A stretch of 64,000 nucleotides of DNA from positions 443 through 64,442 of the forward strand of contig DAIDHF010000011.1 of assembly GCA_027452005.1 (NCBI GenBank), written 5' to 3'. Positions 7,259 to 15,061 of the stretch are shown piece after piece. The translations under genes and the position numbers were made by a program. Below the pieces are notes generated by a model. That model had not been told where the DNA came from, ran no database searches, and saw nothing but the letters and a program-made list of their open reading frames with translations. This stretch comes from Acidimicrobiales bacterium. Its GTDB lineage: Bacteria > Actinomycetota > Acidimicrobiia > Acidimicrobiales > JAKAVM01. Position 1 is the stretch's first letter. Every line of letters starts with the position of its first letter.

Positions 7259-9097
7259 ATGACGCAGGACCAATATGCTGATCATCTACCAGATGAGCAG
7301 GCGAGCCTAGCACCTCAAGACTCTTTCCTGGATAAGATCCTGAGCTACTCGGCCAGCGCCGTTATGATCGCCTGCGCGGTTGCGACCGGGTTTGAAGTCG
7401 TGTCAACCGTGGTTGGCATTCTCGGAAATGCATCCTCTCCGAATATTGATGGCCCATTGACCACATTCACGTATTTCACGTCAAGTCTCAACTGGTGGAG
7501 AGCAGGAGTATTCTTGGGAGTACTTACTCTTGCAACTCTAGCCCTCGGTTTGGCTAGTTCTACTGTTCTCATTAATCAGATATCAAAAAGGTCGAACAGG
7601 CCTTGGCACAAGTTAATTGTTCAAGTTGGCTCTGGAATTGCTATCGGTATTTTGATATGTGTTGGAGTTGCAGTTTTGGCTCGTCGGGTACCTAGCTGCA
7701 ACTGGCCATCGGCAAAGTGCATTTTCCCTCGCCTCGTTCACTACAAACCTTTAGTTCAAATTCCAATTGAAGCTGTAGGGGGGGTGGCCGTGGGACTATG
7801 CTTGTGGTTGGTATCCTCCGGCGAGACGAGAGTTTCGCGGCGTCGGCTACTGATAGGTGCTCTTGGTCTTGCAATTGTTGTTTTTGGACTAGGGGCGATC
7901 GCATTTACCCATGCAGACAACTTTGCAAATGATATCCCCCCACCTCCAGAGCCCACGTGGTTAGAGAGCCACTTCGTCTCGCACCTGCTCGCAGTCACCG
8001 GGGTAGTCCAAGTACAGTTGGGTCCTCAATGTACCGATAATTCACATTGCCTGATATTAGGCAGAGTGGCTTCCCGAGATGGCATTCAATCCGTCCTGGA
8101 AGTTTCCAACAATGGCGGATCCACATGGCACGCAATACTTGCCAGAGGACTACCTCCCAACGCCATCTGGGTATATGGTGCATTTCACTGTATCGATTCT
8201 AACCATTGCTGGCTCTCATCATTTATTGGATCGGGATCTGGAATGTATTTTAGTGATGATGGGGGAAGACACTGGGTAGGGCATTTGGGTAACGGCGCCC
8301 CTCAGGTAGTGGGGCCGTCTTTTGGGGTATCATGTCCCTCTGCGTCGGTCTGTTACGTCACCTCTTTCTCTGGCATGGCATTATGGAAGACTGATAATGG
8401 TGGCAAGACATGGGATAGAGAATTGACGTCTTCCACTGGACTTACAAGTTTCCGGGTGCTTGCTTGCAGCGGTGTCGAGACCTGCATCGTAGTGCGAGAT
8501 AACCAATATGGATCGGTGCTGGTGTCAACAAATGACGGTGGCCACACGTGGAACACGCTCACTACGCCCTCGGGACATATTGCAAGTTTTAACTCATTAT
8601 CGTGTCCAACTCTCGGCGTGTGTTATGTATTATGGTCGCGCTCAATGAGCACAGGGGAGGTTCCCGCTAGTGGAACTCTGGCGGTACTTACAACTGTTGA
8701 CAACGGGCTCACGTGGAGTGAAACACCAATACCCGCATCCCTCTTGAAGGGATATACCGGCAACTACTCATTGACATGCCCAGATGCAAGGGATTGTCTA
8801 ATTGTCGCCTCAGTTGGAAATACTTCAAGAGCTACGAGCACATTCACACTCCAAACGGATGATGGTGGTACCACTTGGAGTTCCGACCGTAATGTCAGAT
8901 TGGGGATTGGAAAATCAGGATGGGTTGTTGGTCAAATAGAATGCACTAATGCGCGGATCTGTTGGATCGTGATTGTGAAAGGTTCGAGGGGGATCAATTT
9001 TGTACTCCTGAGATCAGAGGATTTTGGTAAGACATGGCGTAAGATTGATCTCTCTCCAGTATCGGTTGGATTGATCAACAAGGAATATCCCTCATAG
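7259..9097 (+). CDS. Membrane-anchored beta-propeller protein (BNR/Asp-box, Ycf48-like) with one Cys pair per blade
   Basis: The N-terminal ~230 aa contain about five hydrophobic helices. These are followed by seven blades carrying Asp-box-like 'SNNGGSTW, SDDGGRHW, TDNGGKTW, TNDGGHTW, VDNGLTW, TDDGGTTW, SEDFGKTW'. Each is preceded by C-x5-6-C, e.g. 'SCPSASVCYV', 'SCPTLGVCYV', 'TCPDARDCLI'. Confidence 0.7.
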   Translation: MTQDQYADHLPDEQASLAPQDSFLDKILSYSASAVMIACAVATGFEVVSTVVGILGNASSPNIDGPLTTFTYFTSSLNWWRAGVFLGVLTLATLALGLASSTVLINQISKRSNRPWHKLIVQVGSGIAIGILICVGVAVLARRVPSCNWPSAKCIFPRLVHYKPLVQIPIEAVGGVAVGLCLWLVSSGETRVSRRRLLIGALGLAIVVFGLGAIAFTHADNFANDIPPPPEPTWLESHFVSHLLAVTGVVQVQLGPQCTDNSHCLILGRVASRDGIQSVLEVSNNGGSTWHAILARGLPPNAIWVYGAFHCIDSNHCWLSSFIGSGSGMYFSDDGGRHWVGHLGNGAPQVVGPSFGVSCPSASVCYVTSFSGMALWKTDNGGKTWDRELTSSTGLTSFRVLACSGVETCIVVRDNQYGSVLVSTNDGGHTWNTLTTPSGHIASFNSLSCPTLGVCYVLWSRSMSTGEVPASGTLAVLTTVDNGLTWSETPIPASLLKGYTGNYSLTCPDARDCLIVASVGNTSRATSTFTLQTDDGGTTWSSDRNVRLGIGKSGWVVGQIECTNARICWIVIVKGSRGINFVLLRSEDFGKTWRKIDLSPVSVGLINKEYPS

Positions 9098-9253
9098 ATC
9101 TGAGCAAGTTACCCTGATCAGAATGGTTGAGGTCAAAAGTTGAAAATCCGTTGAGGGTAGGAAGGTTACCGGGTATCCTTGGTAAAGTGAACGGTTATAG
9201 AAGAGCCTTGCGGTGATATTGCTGGGCTTGCTCCAAGTCGGGCTTAGAGAAAC

Positions 9254-12200
9254 TTGAGATTGAATCTCAGGAGGACGCTGGGGATCTCACTGATTGTGGG
9301 ATACTTTTTCCTCGTACTGGCCTCGGCGGTGGCTGGGGCGATCGGGCATGAACCCCGTGTACGTCCAAGAGACACGGGCAGAAGCAACCCGGCCCCTCGA
9401 TCTTTTGGCGCAACAAAGAGGCCAGATCTTCCCGGTGAGAATTCCCTTTATAATCCGTACGCCGGAGAAGACTGGTTCTATCAGGCCAGGATAGGCCCCA
9501 ACCATTACAGCCCGGCACAGTATGCTAAGGCCCTTTCGGCGGCTAGGGATGCGGCCAAGCAGGCCCCCGTTCGAAGTGAACCCGCCCAAAAAGGTGGAGG
9601 GGGCGAGTTGGCCCATGTCTCAGGGGGGAGTTGGACAAACATCGGTCCGTCGCCGGAGACCGACAGTTTCTATGGTTGCCCGTGCTCTGGTCGGGTTACC
9701 GCCATTGCTACTACGACGACCGCCGGGACTCTCTATTTGGGATCAGCCGGTGGTGGGGTCTGGAAGACCACCAACTACGGGACGTCTTGGACTGAGCTAA
9801 CCGATTCCCAGCCAACGTTGGCAGTGGGAGCCCTATACGTCGACACGTCTACGACCCCTAACACTATCTATGTGGGCACCGGCGAGGGAAATAACTCCCA
9901 GGACAGCTTCTACGGTGAGGGTATCTTGGTATCAACCAATGGGGGTACCTCGTGGTCCACTCTGGCCGGTTCAAGTATCTTTGATGGCTACCATATTTCG
10001 TCCCTAGTTGTAACCCACCCGAGTGTTGGGGTTACTTACATCTACGTGGGCTGGCAGGGAGGGCTCTGGTTATCAACCAACGGTGGCACCAGCTTTAGCT
10101 CTCTTGAAACTAGTTATGTTGTGTCTTCAATGGCTCTAGCCTATACAGGATCGCCTTCTACATTGTATGTCGGAGAGTCGACTGGCGGGATCTTTGAGTC
10201 CACGAATGCCAACACGGCCACTCCGACATTTACTCAACTGACCTCGGGTTTACCTACCGGTGCAAATCAGATATGGCCAGTTGTCGCCACGGCACCGTCA
10301 AACTCAAACTACTTGTATGCGTCGATATACGATACTACTGATGGGGACGGGTTTTATTCATCTTCTAACGGTGGATCGAGTTGGACGAAGTCCTCCACGG
10401 CGCCTTTGTACATGCAAGGTGATATCTACTATCCGACCTGGGGGACTTACGACCAGGGGTCCTACGACAATGTGCTAGCGGTCAGCCCCGTCTCTGACAC
10501 CACCGTGGTTGCCGCGGGTATCGGTGTCGTGATGACCACCGATGCAGGATCAACCTGGCAGAACGTGAACGATTACGCCGACAGCGATCCAATGCACCCC
10601 GATACGCACGCCCTCGTGTTTGACTCATCGGGTTACCTCTACGTGGGCAACGACGGGGGCGCTTACAAGGTGACCAGCCCGGGAACCTCTGAGACGGTTA
10701 CCAACCTTAACACGAACCTGAGCATCACTCAGTTCTATCCCGGGGCCGACGAGTATGACAATGGATCGACCATTACGGCCGGGTCTCAAGACAACGGGAA
10801 CGAGATATACACCGGCTCTTCCACTTGGCCGATGTATTGTGGGGGAGACGGGACCGGGACCGCCATCGACCCGTTGGACAAGAACAATTACTACTGTGTG
10901 TCTGACCAGGTCTTGTACAACTCGATAGGGACTGCCGTGACGCCACACTGTGTAACCTATGCCTCCAACACGTGCCAGAGTGCCAACTTTGTCGTTCCCT
11001 TGGCCCTGGTACCTAACCCGGCCAGTATTGACCAACCAACCCTGTACTTTGGAGCCGACCATGTTTATAAGAGCACCGATGGAGGTGCCACCTGGACCGA
11101 GACGGCTTCATATGGGTCTTCCTATGTGAGTACCATAACCGTCGATCCCGTGAATCCGGATGTTATTTACGTAGGATACAACGACGGTACAATCCAGTAC
11201 TCCAACGACGCCGGTACGACATGGACGACCATAGTAGGTATAGTGGCCTCAGACTCAGGTCAGTGGGTGTCTTCCATCGCCATCTCCCCGTCTAGTTCGT
11301 CAGACATCTTCGTGACCTTCACGTCCTTTGTGCCAGAGTACTCCTTTTCAAGTCCCTTGGTGGCCGAGGTGACAGGGGCCCAGGGTGCATCACCAACCTT
11401 TACCAGCGACAACGGGTCGGGTGGGACGGCGATTCCAAATGCTCCGACCAACTCGGTGATCATCGACGGGACCGGGATCATCGTGGGTACTGACGTGGGT
11501 GTGTTCACAGCGGTTCCCTCGGGGGCAACGACGTCTTGGTCTGCCCTGGGAACCGGGTTTCCCGACGTCCAGGTGATGCAACTGAATCTCACTTCCGGGG
11601 GACTGCTGATGGCGTCGACCCATGGCCGAGGTATGTGGGAAATGACCGTGTCGCCAACCCCGTCGCCACCACCCGAAGAAGGTGTCGACTCGACAGCCAC
11701 GGCAAGTCCGACCACAGTAGCTGCAAACGGGGTGTCCTCGTCAACGATCACGGTCACCCTGGAGTCACAGGGGGCTCCCGTCGTTGGAGACACCGTCTCG
11801 TTGACTCCTAGTGGAGGGAGTTCTGCAATTACCTGCCTGGCGACTCCGTGTCAGACTAATGCGTCCGGCCAGGTCCAGTTCAAGGTGACCGACACGGTTG
11901 ACGAAGTTGTCACCTACACAGCCACCGACACCACCGATTCGGTGGTTGTGGGAGACTCGGTATTTGCCTCTGATACTCCTACGGTTACCTTTGCCTACAA
12001 AGTCCAGAGTGTCGGGGTCACGCTTAGTACGAACGTGGTTGGGGCTACCCCGGTAACCTATACGGTTACCTTTACAACCTCAGGGGCTGGTGCGCTGGGA
12101 AGTGGGTCATCTATAACCCTGGGTGCGGCCGCCAGCACATTGTTCCCAACCTCATCGGGGTCCTATAGCGTGGTCGACACGACCACGTCTACCAGCTGCA

Positions 12201-14563
12201 CTGTGTCAGGTGCTTCCGGGGGGGCCTCTAGCGTCATATCCCTGGCAAGTCCCTGCACGGTCAATAATCTAGACAGTGTAAGGGTAACCGTGTCGGGGGT
12301 AACCAATGCGACCTCTGCTGGATCTAAGACTCTCTCGGTAACTACCTCGTCAGATACAACGGCCGGGACCGTTAGCTATACCCTGGTGCCCGCGGCCACC
12401 TCGGCAAGTCTCTCAACGGTGGTGGCCTCGCCCACTAACCCGGCGGTGTCCAACGTTGGCTCGGGTGGGTCGACCGTAACCGTTACCCTCAAAGACCAGT
12501 TCTCTAATCCAGAGCCCTCTGGGATTTCTGTCTCACTAACCGCCGGGTCGGGCTCGTCGGTGATCACCACCTCGCCAGCTACCACCAATGCGTCGGGGGT
12601 TGCCACCTTCACCGTGACCGACACCACGGTTCAAACCGTGGTCTACACGGCCCGGGACGTGACCAACTCGGTCACGATCACCCAGACGGCCTCTGTGCGT
12701 TTCCAACCGGTGGACGAAGCGGTGGACTCAACCTTGGTAACTTCCAACAATTCTCCGGCAACCTCGTCAGGAGGAGGGGGATCAATCATCACGGTTACTT
12801 TGCAACAAGGAACTGGCTGTCCACCAACCTGTACCCCAGTGAGTGGATCTAGCGTGTCTCTTAGTGCCTCGGGTGGGACCTCAGTAATAACTTGCAACGC
12901 GTTGCCCTGTCAAACTAACGGGCTTGGCCAGGTTAGCTTTACGGTCACTGACCAGTACCCAGAGGTAGTAACCTATAGCGCCGAGGATATTACCAACCTC
13001 GTCACGGTCAATCAGACGGTGTCGTTGACTTTTGTAGCGACCGGTGGTAGTGGTGGGTCGTCGGGAGGTTCGTCGAACCAGGTTTCAGCGGGTCTGTCAA
13101 CTATATCGGTCAGCTCTACCAAGGTGTCAGCAGACGGGTTGTCTAGTGCCACGGTAACCGTGCACTTGGTGTCGACCCAGGGTACTTCTCTTGTGGGCAA
13201 GTCGGTCTCTTTAACTATGAGCGTTAGTGGATCTAGCTTTGGCGGTGCAGTTTCACCCCAAAATGTAGTGACCGATGGCAACGGGTACGCACTATTTACG
13301 GTTGTGGACTCGACAGTTCAAGATGTTACAATATCGGCTACCGATCTATCTGACGCTGTCCAACTAGCGTCCAGTGTTACTGTCGAATTTGTTACCCCGA
13401 TACCATCCGGGGAGTTCTCAACCATTTTGGCCACCCCTACCCAGGTTCCGGCCGACGGTACCTCAAAGTCGACCATCATTGTTACCTTGCGAGACTCCGG
13501 TGATCTGCTATCGACTGGGGCAAATGTCACCGTAACCGGGTCTGTTTCTGGTGGAACCTTTCATGGGACTATTAGTCCTCAAAGCTGTGTAACTGATTCT
13601 GCGGGGTCGTGCTTGTTCTCCATAACAGACGGGACCGCCGAGCAGGTTACAATCTCGGCTTCCGATACAACAGATTCAATTACCGTCGCACAAGTTGCCT
13701 CAGTGGACTTTACGAACGCCACTGTTGCGACAAACTCGTCTTTTATCACGGTTTCTCCAAGTCTTGTACCCGTTGGGCAGAGTGCAACAGCTGACGTGTG
13801 GATCGAGGACTCCAATCAGGGTCCGGTGGTCGACAAGTCGGTTACCTTGACTGCGAGTGTCCAGGGCGGGTCATTCCATGGAAAAATCTCTCCTCCGTCT
13901 GGGGTTACTACATCTAACGGGGATGCCGTGTTTCAGGTCACCGATCCGGTATCTGAGACGGTTATGCTATCGGCCACCGACACAACAGATGGGGTGCCCA
14001 TAGAGATGGGTGCCACGCTGACGTTCCAGGGGCCATCTTCGTCTGGGACCGGACAAACCCCGCCAACTCTAACCAAGCCAGATGGTTTTGAGATGGTCAC
14101 CTCCTTGGGCTGGGTGGGCAACTTTGGACAGTCCCAGGGATTTGGCTCAGCTACTGGGATCTCATCCTTCGTAGTTGGGGCGGCTACCACGCCAAACGGT
14201 AACGGATACTGGTTGGTCACTGCCACGGGATCGGTCCAGGCTTTCGGGAATGCCGTCCTGTTTGGATCTGCAGACAGCATGAACCTGGCAAAGCCCATAG
14301 TCGGGATGGCTTCAACCCCCGACGGGTTGGGTTATTGGCTAGTCGCTTCCGATGGCGGAATTTTTGCTTTTGGTGATGCCGTTGAGATGGGTTCATTGGG
14401 AGGTCAAAATATAGGTCAACCGGTGGCCGGGATGGCTGTGACCTCTGATGGGAAGGGATACTGGATTGTCACTCAGTCCGGGGAGATCTTCGCGTTTGGT
14501 GATGCCCCTGATGTTGGCTCGGGATTTCCATTTGGTCCGGTATCGGCCGTTGCTAGTGGCTGA
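9254..14563 (+). CDS. 1769-aa secreted multidomain protein: BNR/Asp-box propeller region, six Big_1-like Ig repeats plus one two-Cys ~100-aa module, C-terminal GYW repeats
   Basis: TTG start with a signal-like 'LGISLIVGYFFLVLASAVAGA'. Asp-boxes 'TNYGTSW, STNGGTSW, SSNGGSSW, TTDAGSTW, STDGGATW, SNDAGTTW'. From ~11.68 kb there are repeats such as 'ASPTTVAANGVSSSTITVTL..QTNASGQVQFKVTD..VVTYTATD' (invasin/intimin-type Big_1 pattern). The C-terminal 161 aa are GYW repeats. Confidence 0.85.
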   Translation: MRLNLRRTLGISLIVGYFFLVLASAVAGAIGHEPRVRPRDTGRSNPAPRSFGATKRPDLPGENSLYNPYAGEDWFYQARIGPNHYSPAQYAKALSAARDAAKQAPVRSEPAQKGGGGELAHVSGGSWTNIGPSPETDSFYGCPCSGRVTAIATTTTAGTLYLGSAGGGVWKTTNYGTSWTELTDSQPTLAVGALYVDTSTTPNTIYVGTGEGNNSQDSFYGEGILVSTNGGTSWSTLAGSSIFDGYHISSLVVTHPSVGVTYIYVGWQGGLWLSTNGGTSFSSLETSYVVSSMALAYTGSPSTLYVGESTGGIFESTNANTATPTFTQLTSGLPTGANQIWPVVATAPSNSNYLYASIYDTTDGDGFYSSSNGGSSWTKSSTAPLYMQGDIYYPTWGTYDQGSYDNVLAVSPVSDTTVVAAGIGVVMTTDAGSTWQNVNDYADSDPMHPDTHALVFDSSGYLYVGNDGGAYKVTSPGTSETVTNLNTNLSITQFYPGADEYDNGSTITAGSQDNGNEIYTGSSTWPMYCGGDGTGTAIDPLDKNNYYCVSDQVLYNSIGTAVTPHCVTYASNTCQSANFVVPLALVPNPASIDQPTLYFGADHVYKSTDGGATWTETASYGSSYVSTITVDPVNPDVIYVGYNDGTIQYSNDAGTTWTTIVGIVASDSGQWVSSIAISPSSSSDIFVTFTSFVPEYSFSSPLVAEVTGAQGASPTFTSDNGSGGTAIPNAPTNSVIIDGTGIIVGTDVGVFTAVPSGATTSWSALGTGFPDVQVMQLNLTSGGLLMASTHGRGMWEMTVSPTPSPPPEEGVDSTATASPTTVAANGVSSSTITVTLESQGAPVVGDTVSLTPSGGSSAITCLATPCQTNASGQVQFKVTDTVDEVVTYTATDTTDSVVVGDSVFASDTPTVTFAYKVQSVGVTLSTNVVGATPVTYTVTFTTSGAGALGSGSSITLGAAASTLFPTSSGSYSVVDTTTSTSCTVSGASGGASSVISLASPCTVNNLDSVRVTVSGVTNATSAGSKTLSVTTSSDTTAGTVSYTLVPAATSASLSTVVASPTNPAVSNVGSGGSTVTVTLKDQFSNPEPSGISVSLTAGSGSSVITTSPATTNASGVATFTVTDTTVQTVVYTARDVTNSVTITQTASVRFQPVDEAVDSTLVTSNNSPATSSGGGGSIITVTLQQGTGCPPTCTPVSGSSVSLSASGGTSVITCNALPCQTNGLGQVSFTVTDQYPEVVTYSAEDITNLVTVNQTVSLTFVATGGSGGSSGGSSNQVSAGLSTISVSSTKVSADGLSSATVTVHLVSTQGTSLVGKSVSLTMSVSGSSFGGAVSPQNVVTDGNGYALFTVVDSTVQDVTISATDLSDAVQLASSVTVEFVTPIPSGEFSTILATPTQVPADGTSKSTIIVTLRDSGDLLSTGANVTVTGSVSGGTFHGTISPQSCVTDSAGSCLFSITDGTAEQVTISASDTTDSITVAQVASVDFTNATVATNSSFITVSPSLVPVGQSATADVWIEDSNQGPVVDKSVTLTASVQGGSFHGKISPPSGVTTSNGDAVFQVTDPVSETVMLSATDTTDGVPIEMGATLTFQGPSSSGTGQTPPTLTKPDGFEMVTSLGWVGNFGQSQGFGSATGISSFVVGAATTPNGNGYWLVTATGSVQAFGNAVLFGSADSMNLAKPIVGMASTPDGLGYWLVASDGGIFAFGDAVEMGSLGGQNIGQPVAGMAVTSDGKGYWIVTQSGEIFAFGDAPDVGSGFPFGPVSAVASG
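14078..14560 (+). repeat. Four C-terminal GYW-type ~42-aa protein repeats (coding)
   Basis: 'GFEMVTSLGWVGNFGQSQGFGS', 'GYWLVTATGSVQAFGNAVLFGS', 'GYWLVASDGGIFAFGDAVEMGS', 'GYWIVTQSGEIFAFGDAPDVGS'. Confidence 0.8.
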
Positions 14564-14770
14564 CCTACGTAGTTGCCAGAAAATCTAGATAATGTGTTTT
14601 CTGTATTGTGGGTCCGGTTAGCTCTGACTGATTTTGTATACTGTCCTTCTTGGGTGGTACGGACCGTTAGTAGTGCATTGGCCAATTTCCCCAATTTAAG
14701 AGATCTGAGTTGCTCTAACGCAATGTCCGAAGAATGCTTATAGATTGTTTATGGCACGAATTAGTTTTGG

Positions 14771-15061
14771 TTGAAAGGACAAATTGAGGTGGACCAGGTG
14801 TCTTTAGAGGAAGTTGATGAGGGACTGACCGGGCTTGCCTGGAAACGCGTGGACAATGAGCTTGTTTTAGAACTCACCATGGCCGACTTTGCAAGTGCTT
14901 TGGAATTTGTGAACCAGGTGGGGGTCCTTGCAGAGGAGGTCAATCACCACCCCGACATCGAAATACGGTGGAACCGGGTTGTTCTTAGGCTTACTACACA
15001 CAGTATGGGCGCCCTTACCCAGAAAGATCTGGAACTTGCTAAGATGATCTCCTCATTATGA
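14771..15061 (+). CDS. Pterin-4-alpha-carbinolamine dehydratase (PCD/DCoH family)
   Basis: 'FVNQVGVLAEEVNHHPDIEIRWNRVVLRLTTHS' contains the family HHPD signature. About 96 aa, TTG start. Confidence 0.8.
   Translation: MKGQIEVDQVSLEEVDEGLTGLAWKRVDNELVLELTMADFASALEFVNQVGVLAEEVNHHPDIEIRWNRVVLRLTTHSMGALTQKDLELAKMISSL

Noticed and set aside
11260-11793. A 177-aa minus-strand ORF, and several other 70-145-aa ORFs, antisense to the 1769-aa gene (for example 10625-11062, 12376-12627, 13933-14298).
   Set aside because: They lie entirely inside a strongly supported plus-strand gene. They have low-complexity Val/Thr/Pro/Gly composition mirroring the sense repeats, and I recognise no motifs. They are typical shadow ORFs.
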